Source of the DNA: Leptospirillia bacterium
GTDB taxonomy: Bacteria > Nitrospirota > JACRHL01
Assembly (NCBI GenBank): GCA_046754085.1
Contig: JBHHVE010000012.1
Span: 3,764-67,763, forward strand
Reading direction: 5' to 3'
Length of the DNA: 64,000 nt
A program made the position numbers and the translations under genes. The notes beneath the pieces are model-generated. The model was not told where the DNA came from. It did not search any database and was given only the letters and a program-made list of their open reading frames with translations. This document shows positions 46,792-61,400 of the stretch, piece by piece; positions within the stretch are counted from its first letter, which is position 1; every line of letters begins with the position of its first letter.

Positions 46792-46821
46792 TTGACCATC
46801 AAAATGACCCTACCCTATTCT
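46792..46821 (+). promoter_or_regulatory. Candidate sigma70-type promoter for the por operon
   Basis: TTGACC-N18-TATTCT, about 130 nt upstream of the por ATG. Confidence 0.3.
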
Positions 46822-46955
46822 TGAGCACGGCATTCAAGCTACAATGAACGGTATCGAAGTGGTGACGTGTTTGCCTGTTTTTTGCGTGGATTCCGTGACG
46901 TGATCATGACCCGTCCGGGTTCAGATCGCGCGTGTTTCCGTTGGAGGATGTTTTC

Positions 46956-48974
46956 ATGACCGACACCAGCCAAGGCCAGTTCCCCTATCCCGGCATCGAC
47001 GGGACCGGTGACGGATCGGCCGCCGTGGCCTACGTCGAGGCCCGCGCCTCGGATGCCGCCGCTGCTTACCCCATTACCTCATCGACCATCATGGGGCAGA
47101 ACTACCAGGCGTTTGCCGCCAACGGCTTCAAGAACGTCTGGGGCAAACAGATCGGCTGGATGGAGCTCGAGAGCGAGCACTCCTCCGCCTCCGCCTGTGA
47201 GGGTTACGCCCTGGCCGGTGGCCGGGTGGTCAACTTTACTTCCGGGCAGGGTCTTGTCCTGATGAAGGAGGTGCTCTACACCACCTCGGGCAAGCGTCTG
47301 CCGGTGGTGCTGCACATCGCCAGCCGGGCGCTCACCAGCCAGGCGCTCAACGTGCATGCCGGCCACGACGACGTCATGGGCGTCACCGACGTGGGCTGGG
47401 GCATCCTGTTCGGCAAGAACGTGCAGGAGTCGGCCGACCTCGCGCTGATCAGCCGCCGCGCCGCCGAAGAATCGCGCACCCCGTTCATGGCGGTGCAGGA
47501 CGGTTTTCTGGTGTCCCACACCATCGAGAACCTCAAATACCCGGAAGACGACCTGGTGCGTGAGTACCTGGGCGACCGGGACGAAAAGGTCCGCAAGCTG
47601 TTCGACCCGGAGTTCCCCCTCATGACCGGCGTGGTGCAGAATCAGGACGCTTACATGCAGGGCAAGATCGCCCAGCGGCACTACTACGACCAGCTGCCCG
47701 GGATTCTCGACGACTGCTACGACGAGTTCTACCGCCTGACCGGACGCCGCTACCAGAACGTCGAGTGCACCATGATGGAGGATGCCGAGTACGCCATCAT
47801 TTCCATGGGCACCACCAGCGAGACAGTGATTTCGGCCCTCGAGGTAATCCGCGCCAAGGGCATCAAGTGCGGCGCCATCAATATCACCACCTTCCGCCCG
47901 TTTCCGGGCGCCGACATCGCCGAGGCCCTGAAAGGGGTCAAGGCGTTCTCCGTGATCGAGCGTTGCGATGTGCCGTCGATGGAGGAAAATCCCCTCACCA
48001 CCGACATCTGCGCCGCCCTCGCCAAGGCCAACATGGGGGTTTCGGGATACCCCGAGATCAGCAAATTGCCCATGTGCTACTCCGGCGCCGGCGGCCTCGG
48101 CTCCCGCGACGTGACCCCGGGTCACATCATCGCGGTCGCCAAAAATATGGTGGACGGCGGCAAGCGTTACTTCTCCATCGGCATCGACCACGAATCGGCG
48201 CTGGCACTGGAAGATGAGCCGGATGTGCGTCCGGCAGGCTCGTTCTCCATCCGCGGCCACTCGGTGGGCGGCTACGGTTCGGTGACCACCAACAAGGTCA
48301 TCGCCACCATGATGGGTGAGATCTTTGGTTTCCGGGTGCAGGCCGCACCCAAGTACGGTTCCGAAAAAAAGGGCCTGCCCACCAACACCTACCTTTCGGT
48401 GGTGCCCGAGGGCAAGATCCTGACCCACTGCGAGTTGCAGCAGGTGGACTTTGTGCCCCTCATGGACCCCACCACCTGGTACATGGGCAACCCCCTGGTC
48501 GGCATGCAGGAAGGTGGCATCGTATTCCAGCACACCGACGCCGAAAGCCCCCAGGAGTTGTGGGACTCGCTGCCCGGCTACGCCAAGTACTACATGAAGA
48601 ACAACAACACCCGTTTCTTCGGCGTCGACACCGTGGCCATCGCCCGTGAGAGCTGCCAGAACGATCCGTCCCTGATTCAGCGTTTCCAGGGTGTGGTGCT
48701 GCTTGGGGTGTTCCTCAAGGTCACGCCGTTCCAGACCCAGGCGAATATGAGCGACGATGACCTGTTCAAGCACGTGGAAGAACCCCTGCGCCGCTTCTTC
48801 GGGAAGAAGGGCGAAGCAGTGGTGCAGGACAACCTGCAAGCCGTCAAGCGCGCCTTCGACCGAGTGTTTGAGGTGCCCCGCGAGATCATGGACGCCACCC
48901 CCGAGCACGTGCTTGCCGAGGGGAAGGCGGAGTGGGATGCCAAGGGCAAGGACGTTAACGCATTCTTCATTTGA
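46956..48974 (+). CDS. Pyruvate/2-oxoacid:ferredoxin oxidoreductase, large subunit (PFOR domains I-II-III; split NifJ/PorA type)
   Basis: Colinear with the N-terminal two-thirds of single-chain PFOR (AAAYPITSST, ALNVHAGHDDVMG, gamma-like domain GSVGGYGS...). ATG 7 nt after GGAGGA is preferred over the GTG at 46932. Confidence 0.85.
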   Translation: MTDTSQGQFPYPGIDGTGDGSAAVAYVEARASDAAAAYPITSSTIMGQNYQAFAANGFKNVWGKQIGWMELESEHSSASACEGYALAGGRVVNFTSGQGLVLMKEVLYTTSGKRLPVVLHIASRALTSQALNVHAGHDDVMGVTDVGWGILFGKNVQESADLALISRRAAEESRTPFMAVQDGFLVSHTIENLKYPEDDLVREYLGDRDEKVRKLFDPEFPLMTGVVQNQDAYMQGKIAQRHYYDQLPGILDDCYDEFYRLTGRRYQNVECTMMEDAEYAIISMGTTSETVISALEVIRAKGIKCGAINITTFRPFPGADIAEALKGVKAFSVIERCDVPSMEENPLTTDICAALAKANMGVSGYPEISKLPMCYSGAGGLGSRDVTPGHIIAVAKNMVDGGKRYFSIGIDHESALALEDEPDVRPAGSFSIRGHSVGGYGSVTTNKVIATMMGEIFGFRVQAAPKYGSEKKGLPTNTYLSVVPEGKILTHCELQQVDFVPLMDPTTWYMGNPLVGMQEGGIVFQHTDAESPQELWDSLPGYAKYYMKNNNTRFFGVDTVAIARESCQNDPSLIQRFQGVVLLGVFLKVTPFQTQANMSDDDLFKHVEEPLRRFFGKKGEAVVQDNLQAVKRAFDRVFEVPREIMDATPEHVLAEGKAEWDAKGKDVNAFFI

Positions 48975-49053
48975 GGACGGATAGAAGCAGCCCCGAACAG
49001 GGTGAAATATAAAGTTCCTTAATTAAAAGGATCCGCAGGAGTCGAACAGACCC

Positions 49054-50676
49054 ATGAGTGAAGCCAATTACCTGAAAGTCACCCGCAAGACCCCCGAGTG
49101 GTACGACGAAAAGCGTGCCTACGAGGTGGTCGATGCCTATAACACCGGAGCCGGTTCCGGTCAGGGCGCCGACGAGTTTGTCGCAAACTCCGTCATCCCC
49201 GCCGCCACCGGATCCTTCCGTGACTTCTCCTACATCGCACCGGACCTGCCGGAGCTGTCGGCGGAAAACTGCGTGGGCTGCATGGACTGTGTGCAGAACT
49301 GCCCGGACACCGCCATCTTTGGCAAGGTGGCCACCCAGGCCTCCATCGACAGCGCCGTGAGCGGTTTTCCGGCCGAGCAGCAGGAACTCCTGAAGGGCCA
49401 GTTCGTCGAGACCACCAAGTACCATAAGGCCTTCCAGAAGAAGCACGAAAAGGATCCGTCGGCCCCCGAGGGCGGCATGTTCGGCATCTTCATCGACCCC
49501 ACCAAGTGCAAGGGCTGTGGTGAGTGCGTCGAGGTCTGCGGCGACCGCCAGGCCCTCAAGATGATCAAGAAGACCCCGGACAACCTGCCGGACTACTTCG
49601 CCATGTGGAAGCTCCACAACCAGTTGCCGGAAACCCCGGAGGGCTACATCAACCCCAAGATCGTCGTGGACAACATGCTGCGCCCGCTGCAGATGCAGCA
49701 GTATGTCGGCGGCGCCGGTTCCTGCATGGGTTGCGGTGAGGCCTCGGTGATCCGTCAGACCCTGGCCGCCACCGCCGAGAAGGTCGGTGAGAACTACGGC
49801 ATCGTGGCCGCCACCGGCTGCCAGACCGTGTATGGCTCCACCTATCCGTTCAATCCGTTCTCGGTGCCCTGGACCAACTCCCTGTTCGAGAACGCCCCCA
49901 CCGACGCCATGGGCGTTCGGGCGTTCTGGGACGAGACCGGCCACGAAGACCGGGTCATGTGGGTGTTCGGCGGTGACGGCGCCATGAACGACATCGGATT
50001 TCAGGCCCTGTCCCGCATGCTCGCATCCGGTATGAACATCAAGGTGCTGGTGCTGGACACCCAGGTGTACTCCAACACCGGCGGCCAGACCTCCACCGCC
50101 ACCTACATCGGCCAGGAAGCCAAAATGAGCGTCCACGGCAAGAAGGACGAAGGCAAACTGGAGCGGCGCAAGGAACTGGGGCAGATCTGCATGATGCACC
50201 CCAACACCTTCGTGGCCCAGACCGTGGGCCCGATGACCGGCCACTTCTACAAGTCGGTGACCCAGGCCCTGGAATACAAGGGACCCGCGGTAATCAACGT
50301 GTTCACCACCTGCCAGCCGGAGCACGGCGTCGCCGACGATATGGCGGCAGCCCAGGCCAAGCTTGCGATGGAGAGCCGGGCGTTCCCGATCTACATCTAT
50401 AATCCGGATGCCGGTCGTACCATCAAGGAGCGCCTGTCTCTGATGGGCAACCCGAGCGTGGACCGGGACTGGGCCGTGAAGAAGCGCAAGGACGGCTCCA
50501 CCGAGACCACCACCTTCATCGACTGGTGCAAGACCGAAGGCCGCTTCAAAAAGCACTTCGACCGGGACGGAAATCCCTCCAAACTGCTCCTCCAGAGCCA
50601 GCAGGAGCGTCTCGAAAACTGGTGGCAGCTCCAGGATCTGGCGGGCATCTCCAACAAGGACCAGGAGAGCGTCTGA
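49054..50676 (+). CDS. Pyruvate/2-oxoacid:ferredoxin oxidoreductase, ferredoxin + TPP-binding subunit (PFOR domains V-VI)
   Basis: Two 4Fe-4S motifs (CVGCMDCVQNCP, CKGCGECVEVC), then a TPP-binding domain with GDG...N (WVFGGDGAMNDIG...LVLDTQVYSNTGGQ). Confidence 0.85.
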   Translation: MSEANYLKVTRKTPEWYDEKRAYEVVDAYNTGAGSGQGADEFVANSVIPAATGSFRDFSYIAPDLPELSAENCVGCMDCVQNCPDTAIFGKVATQASIDSAVSGFPAEQQELLKGQFVETTKYHKAFQKKHEKDPSAPEGGMFGIFIDPTKCKGCGECVEVCGDRQALKMIKKTPDNLPDYFAMWKLHNQLPETPEGYINPKIVVDNMLRPLQMQQYVGGAGSCMGCGEASVIRQTLAATAEKVGENYGIVAATGCQTVYGSTYPFNPFSVPWTNSLFENAPTDAMGVRAFWDETGHEDRVMWVFGGDGAMNDIGFQALSRMLASGMNIKVLVLDTQVYSNTGGQTSTATYIGQEAKMSVHGKKDEGKLERRKELGQICMMHPNTFVAQTVGPMTGHFYKSVTQALEYKGPAVINVFTTCQPEHGVADDMAAAQAKLAMESRAFPIYIYNPDAGRTIKERLSLMGNPSVDRDWAVKKRKDGSTETTTFIDWCKTEGRFKKHFDRDGNPSKLLLQSQQERLENWWQLQDLAGISNKDQESV

Positions 50677-50769
50677 CGCTGTCCTGACGGATACCGATCG
50701 CGCCCCCGGCGATGCTTCATCTGGCGCGCCGGGGGTTATCCATCCTGCTCTGACTGGAGGACGCCGGTC

Positions 50770-51585
50770 GTGAAACGACTTCTCGAAAAACTTGCCGCCG
50801 ATCTGACCGAGCCCATGGCGATGACCGATCAGGTGGTGCGTAGCCTCACCGACCGTTGCGAGCTGCAGAGTAATCAGGTTACAGCGTTTCTCACCGAGAA
50901 GTCAGACAGCCTCGACGAGACCATGATCGACACCGTGTTCTCGCCGATGTATACCCCCACCTGGGAGGATCGGGCCCGCTACGTGGAAGACCGGGAGCGG
51001 GTCCGGATCACGCCGGTGGTGCTGGGGCTGATCGTCACCGAACTGGTGGACCGCAAGCTGACCGCCACCTACCTGTACGAGGACGACACCATCCGCATGC
51101 TGCTGCCGGAGGTGATCATCGACCGCTGGGTGCGCCGCCTGCACCTGGAGGACCAGCTATCCAAAAAAATTAGCGCCGCCATCGAGGCCACCGTGCCCAT
51201 CGACGATCAGGCGCAGGTCAAGGCCATGGTGGGACACACCGCCTGGCAGGCGGCGGGGCGGGAAGAGATCCTGCTGTCGTTTCTGACCGGATTCTCCCGC
51301 ACCGGACGGTTTCTTCTGTCGAAGTTCGAGTACCTGACGGGTCTCATGCAGACCTACCGTCCTCGGGACGTGGCGCATTTCAAAGACCAGCTCGACGCCC
51401 TCATCAAGAGCTACCACGAGGACACCGGCGAGCACTTCTTCGATGTCCAATTGAAAGAGGCCCACGTCAATACCGGCACCATCCCCCCGGTCAAGGACAG
51501 TCACACCAGCGACCGCCAGCGGCAGATTTCCCTGGCCACCCAGTTGCAAGCCGATCTGGCAGAATTCTCGGCCTCGGCAAACTGA
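50770..51585 (+). CDS. Hypothetical protein, no recognisable domain
   Basis: 271 codons from a GTG with GGAGGA 8 nt upstream. Codon usage is consistent with the neighbours; acidic, predicted helical, no signal peptide. Confidence 0.55.
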   Translation: MKRLLEKLAADLTEPMAMTDQVVRSLTDRCELQSNQVTAFLTEKSDSLDETMIDTVFSPMYTPTWEDRARYVEDRERVRITPVVLGLIVTELVDRKLTATYLYEDDTIRMLLPEVIIDRWVRRLHLEDQLSKKISAAIEATVPIDDQAQVKAMVGHTAWQAAGREEILLSFLTGFSRTGRFLLSKFEYLTGLMQTYRPRDVAHFKDQLDALIKSYHEDTGEHFFDVQLKEAHVNTGTIPPVKDSHTSDRQRQISLATQLQADLAEFSASAN

Positions 51586-51836
51586 TTACGGTGCAGGCAC
51601 CGGCATCGACCCGGGTCGATGCCATAAAATGCCCTCCCATTTAGCAGAATTCGGGGTCGGAAGTGCCTTTCCGGCTTGTGGATAACCCGCCTCTCTGCTA
51701 GATTTAGGGGGTCGATAGAGTCCATCAATAGACGGCCCCGGATGGCTCCGAGCGGTCGGTTTTGGCTTCCCGAAACTGGCGGTTCCGGTGATGACGGGGG
51801 CTTGTGTGTATCGTCGGGGGTACACCAAGGAAATGC

Positions 51837-53912
51837 ATGAGTACCAAGGAATCCCATAAATACGCTGCCGGCACGGAAACGTGGCAACTGGTACAGGACG
51901 GGCTTGCCCAGGTGGCGCGCCAGGCTCTGGGCCGCTTTTCCGGAAGTGCCGGAGTGCCGAATACGCCGATTTCTCTCGACAATCCGGTCTGCCATCTCAT
52001 GCGGGAACACCCTGAAACTGCCGGTCGTTGCCGCTCCCAATGTGACCATGGGGTTGCCAAAACCATCGAAACCGGACGCACCCAGCTTTTCAAATGCCAC
52101 GCCCAGTTGTCGGTATTCATCACCGAGGCGGTCTCGCAGACCCTTCTCCCGAACGGCGCCGCCGAAGTCCTTCTGGGCGGCAAGGTATTCACCTCCTACG
52201 AGGATATTCACGCCTTCCACACCTATGCGGAAACCCTCGGCATCGACCCGGACCGGATCGAGTCCCTGATTCCCGACATCCGCCTGCTTGATCTCGCCGA
52301 TGTGAAGCAGTTTCTCGAACAGGCCCGGCAGGTGGGTGCGGCCTTCATGGGCATGGAGCGGTCCACCGATGCCGCGCTCGATCAATCGGCCCGATTCCGC
52401 TATCTGATGGAAATCCTCACGGCACTTGAAATGGAACCCGCCTCCGAACGCGCCCGCTCCATCCTGCACGGCCTCGGGATTCTGTTCAACGCCGGTGCCT
52501 CGATGCTGTTGAAAACGGATGAGAGCGGCGCCCACTTAAAACCCGAAACGGTGTTTTCCGGAAACAGCCCCCTGTTTTCGGACGCGATTCTGGAGCAGAT
52601 CCTGGTGGATGCACAATTGCCCTGGGTACAGGATGCTCTGTCGCGCCCGGAGGGCACCTCCCTGGACGCCGTATACGATATTCTGAAAGCCGGGTTTCCC
52701 GCCGAAGTCACCCTGCTCGAGTTATTCCCGATCCCGGGGGCCCTCTCCCCGGGCATGGTGGTCCTGATCAATACCGTGATCACTCCGGAAGACCGGGCCG
52801 CCATCTCCCTGTTTTGCCGCCATGCAGGGCTGTTGATGGAAAAAGAGGCCCTTGAGGCGCAACTGGAAGACCAGTTCGACATGGGCTCGCCGCAAATTTC
52901 CCCCACCCTGTGGGAGGCCTCCGACGCCGATACCCTGTGCCAGGCAATCCTGGAAAAGGCAATCCAGGAGGTGGCCGCGGAACAGGGCTCGGTGATGCTT
53001 CTCGATGCCACCGACAAACGCATGCATATCCGCGCCATCCACGGCATCAATCCAAAATATGTGGAATACGTGCGCATCCGCCGCGGCGAGGGTATCTCGG
53101 GACGGGTGCTTGCCACCGGTGAGCCGCTCCTGGTCGAAGACATCGCTGTGGATCCGATCATGGCCGACCAGATGCGCCCGCGCTACCGCACCCGTTCATT
53201 CATCAGCATCCCGATTCAACTCAACAACCACCCCCTCGGAGTCATCAACGTCACCGACAAAAAAGCCGGCAGCACGTTTTCCCGGCAGGACCTGAAACGG
53301 CTGATCCCGATCAGTCAGCAGGCGGCGCTGGCCATCGACCGGATGCAGGCACTGAAGGAGACCGAAGCCCTCAAAAAGGCCTCCATCACCGACTACCTGA
53401 CCGGCCTGTTGAACCGGGGGTCGTTCGACGTGCGCTTTAAAGAAGAGGTTGAGCGCGCCCAACGCTACCCCTACGCCAGCCCGTTGTCGCTTCTGGTGGT
53501 GGACATCGACGACTTCCGCCGCATCAACGACAGCATGGGGTATTTCACCGGGGACGACTGCATCAAGGCGTGCTCACGCACCCTGGAGGCGGGCACCCGC
53601 ACCATCGACTCGGTTTATCGGCGGGGCGGTGAGGAATTTACCGTGCTACTGCCCCATACCAACCGGGAAGCGGCCCTGGTGCTGGCGGAGCGGCTGTGCC
53701 AGTCCATCGCGTCATTGAAGGTGGTGTCGAAACACACCCCCGACCCGGTGTCCTTCACCGTGAGCATCGGGCTTGCCACCTACCCTGAGGACGGGGAAAA
53801 CGAGGAAGAGCTGTTCAAACGAGGCAATCAGGCCCTGCATTTCGCCAAGCAGAATGGCAAGAATCAGGTCGTCACCCTGCCTCCAAAAGTACAGAATCCC
53901 ACACGCGGATAA
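51837..53912 (+). CDS. GAF-domain diguanylate cyclase (GGDEF) with a Cys/His-rich N-terminal region
   Basis: C-terminal GGDEF domain with active-site RGGEEF and an I-site-like RxxD; central GAF domain (...ISGRVLATGEPLLVEDIAVDP...); the N-terminal about 120 aa contain CHLMREH...CRSQCDHG...FKCHAQL. Start at the ATG 5 nt after AAGGAAA. Confidence 0.8.
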   Translation: MSTKESHKYAAGTETWQLVQDGLAQVARQALGRFSGSAGVPNTPISLDNPVCHLMREHPETAGRCRSQCDHGVAKTIETGRTQLFKCHAQLSVFITEAVSQTLLPNGAAEVLLGGKVFTSYEDIHAFHTYAETLGIDPDRIESLIPDIRLLDLADVKQFLEQARQVGAAFMGMERSTDAALDQSARFRYLMEILTALEMEPASERARSILHGLGILFNAGASMLLKTDESGAHLKPETVFSGNSPLFSDAILEQILVDAQLPWVQDALSRPEGTSLDAVYDILKAGFPAEVTLLELFPIPGALSPGMVVLINTVITPEDRAAISLFCRHAGLLMEKEALEAQLEDQFDMGSPQISPTLWEASDADTLCQAILEKAIQEVAAEQGSVMLLDATDKRMHIRAIHGINPKYVEYVRIRRGEGISGRVLATGEPLLVEDIAVDPIMADQMRPRYRTRSFISIPIQLNNHPLGVINVTDKKAGSTFSRQDLKRLIPISQQAALAIDRMQALKETEALKKASITDYLTGLLNRGSFDVRFKEEVERAQRYPYASPLSLLVVDIDDFRRINDSMGYFTGDDCIKACSRTLEAGTRTIDSVYRRGGEEFTVLLPHTNREAALVLAERLCQSIASLKVVSKHTPDPVSFTVSIGLATYPEDGENEEELFKRGNQALHFAKQNGKNQVVTLPPKVQNPTRG

Positions 53913-54135
53913 CCCGCAGGCGGGTTATCCGACCAATACACAGGGCAACCCAGCAGGGAACGGGGTGTGGGTTGATTGGCTCCCGCTCCACCCGGCGCAC
54001 CCCCCGCAAGGGCGGAATTCATCCATAGCATCTGGAAACCCGTCTCGATCGGCCCGGCACTTCAATCGGGCCAAGCCCCCGGAAGCAATAGCGCCCTTTC
54101 GATAAGCGCGGCCCGACCGGGGGGGGGCGAACGGC

Positions 54136-54171
54136 AAAAAGCCTCGACATATACGTTATGTCGAGGCTTTT
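54136..54171. terminator. Bidirectional intrinsic terminator between the GGDEF gene and rpoC
   Basis: AAAAA-GCCTCGACAT-ATACGTT-ATGTCGAGGC-TTTT, with A/T runs on both sides; serves the convergent genes. Confidence 0.6.
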
Positions 54172-54233
54172 CAATCCCCGGCAATCCGGGGGCTTAACAC
54201 TGCTGGGCGTATGCCCGGCAGCCGGGAGCGGGA

Positions 54234-58430
<4,197 letters not shown>

Positions 58431-58492
58431 GTTGTCTCCGCTTATCTGGAAAGTAAGCCGTTATAAAAAGCGATCAAACCGACGGGCGGCGC

Positions 58493-61400
58493 CTAGGTGT
58501 CCACGGCCCTCAGGAGCTCAACCTCCAGGCACAAGGCCTGCAGCTCCTTGATGAGCACGTTAAACGACTCGGGGATGCCGCTCTCCAGGTAGTTTTCACC
58601 CTTGACGATGGACTCGTACATCTTGGAACGGCCCGGTACGTCATCACTCTTGACGGTGAGGAACTCCTGCAGGGTGCTGGCGGCGCCGTGCGCCTGCAGC
58701 GCCCACACCTCCATCTCCCCGAGCCTCTGACCGCCGAACTGGGCCTTACCGCCAAGGGGCTGCTGGGTGACCAGCGAGTAAGGTCCGATGGAACGGGCGT
58801 GGATCTTGTCATCGACCAGATGGTGAAGCTTCAGCATGTACATCTGCCCCACCGTGACCGGTCGATCGAACTGGGTGCCGGTCTTGCCGTCACGAAGGAT
58901 GACCTGACCACTGCTGGGCAGGTTCGCCTTTTCGAGCATCTCCTTGATCTCCGCCTCCTTGGCGCCGTCGAACACCGGGGTGGCGACGTGCAGGCCGAGG
59001 GTTCTGGCGGCCCAGCCCAAATGGGTTTCAAGGATCTGCCCGACGTTCATACGGGACGGCACACCCAGGGGGTTCAGCACGATGTCCACCGGCGTGCCGT
59101 CCGGCAGATACGGCATGTCCTCCGCAGGCAGCACCCGCGACACCACGCCCTTATTGCCGTGGCGTCCAGCCATCTTGTCACCCACCTGGATTTTGCGCTT
59201 CATGGCCACGTAAACCTTGACCAGCTTGAGCACGCCCGGAGGAAGCTCATCGCCTTTCTTGAGGCGGCCAACACGCTCGTCAAAGACCATCTGAAGCTCA
59301 CCGCGCTTCTCGCGGTAGTCCATCTCCAGCCGCTCGATGGCGTCCTGATCCTCGGCCTTGGCCAGCACGATGTTGTGCAGGTTCTCGTTGGGAATCAGTC
59401 CCAGAGCCGGGGCGTCAATCGGCCGACGACGCTTCAGCACCACGTCGCCGGTGTCCGGGTCAACGTAGTCCCGGGCGCTCTCCTTGCCCACCATGGAGCG
59501 CCGCAGGTTGGTCAAGAACTCCTCGTCCAGTACCCGCATCTCATCCCGGTGGTTGCGCTCCAGACGTTGAATGTCCTGGAACTCAATGGCTTGGGAACGC
59601 TCGTCCTTCTCGGTGCCCTTGCGGGAGAAGATCTTCACATCCACCACCACACCGGTGGTGCCGGGACCCATGTAGAGCGAGGCGTCCTTCACGTCCCCGG
59701 CCTTCTCGCCGAAGATCGCGCGCAGCAGTTTCTCTTCCGGGGTAAGCTGGGTTTCGCCCTTCGGCGTCACCTTGCCCACCAGGATGGAGCCCGGCAGCAC
59801 CTCGGCGCCAATGCGAATAATGCCCGACTCGTCCAGGTCGGCCAGGATCTCCTCGCCCACGTTGGGGATGTCGCGGGTGATTTCCTCAGGACCCAGCTTG
59901 GTGTCCCGCGCCTCGATGGTGAACTCCTCGATATGCACGGAGGTGTATACGTCGTCCTTCACCAGTCGTTCGGACAGCAGGATGGCGTCCTCGTAGTTGT
60001 AGCCCTCCCACGGCATGAACGCGACCAGCACGTTCTTGCCGAGGGCAAGCTCGCCCTGCTCCGTGGACGGGCCGTCACACAGGATCTGGTCGGTCTCCAC
60101 CCGCTGACCCACGGTCACCAGAGGCTTCTGGTTCATGCAGGTATTCTGGTTGGAGCGCTGCCACTTGATCAGGGTATAGATATCGACCGGACCCGCACCC
60201 TTGTCAATCTGGTCGTCGTCCACCCGCACCACGATGCGCGCGGCGTCCACACTCTCCACATGGCCGGCGCGCAGGGCGCGCAGCACATAGCCACAGTCGC
60301 GGGCCACCACGTGCTCCATACCGGTGCCCACCACCGGGGCCTCCGATTGCAGAAGGGGAACCGCCTGACGCTGCATGTTGGAACCCATCAGCGCGCGGTT
60401 GGCGTCGTCGTTCTCAAGGAACGGGATCAGCGCCGTCGCCACCGAGACGATCTGGCGCGGACTGACATCCATGTATTCCACCTCGCTCGGCGGCACCATC
60501 AGGAAGTCGCCGGCCTTTCTGATCAGCACCAGGTCCTCGGTGAACTTGCCCTTGGCGTCCGCCGGCGTATTGGCCTGGGTGGTGGAATAGTTTTCGCCAT
60601 CCACCGCCGACAGGTAGTTCACTTCGGAGGTGGCCTTGCCGTCTTTCACCTTGCAGTACGGGCTTTCGATGAAGCCGAACCGGTTAATCTGGGCGTAGGT
60701 GGCGAGGCTGGTGATGAGGCCGATGTTGGGACCCTCCGGGGTCTCGATCGGGCAGATCCGGCCGTAATGAGTCGGATGCACGTCGCGCACGTCAAAACCG
60801 GCGCGCTCACGGGTCAGACCGCCCGGCCCCAGGGCCGACAGGCGGCGCTTGTGGGTGATCTCGGACAGGGGGTTGGTCTGGTCCATAAACTGGGACAGCT
60901 GCGAGGAGCCGAAGAACTCCTTGATCGAGGCCGACACCGGCTTGGCGTTGATCACGTCGTGGGGCACCGCCTCCGGCAGTTCCACCAGGTTCATACGCTC
61001 CTTGACGGTACGCTCCATGCGCACCAGCCCGATGCGGAACTGGTTTTCCAGAAGCTCGCCGACGGCGCGCACCCGGCGGTTGCCCAGGTGATCGATATCG
61101 TCAACCTCGCCCTTGCCGGTACGCAGCAGCACCAGGTAACGCACCACTTCCACCACATCCACGGCAGCCAGGGTACGGTGATCCAGAGGTAACTTAACCC
61201 CCAGCTTGGCGTTTACCTTGAGCCGCCCCACCTGGGACAGGTCATAGCGCTTGGCGTTCAGGAACAGGTCCGCAAACAGGTTCTGGGCCGCCGCCAGCGT
61301 GGGGGTCTCCCCCGGGCGAATACGCTTGTAGATCTCAACCTTGGCTTCATCGGGGCTGGAGACATTCTCCAGGGCCATGGTGTCCCGAATGGCCGGCAGC

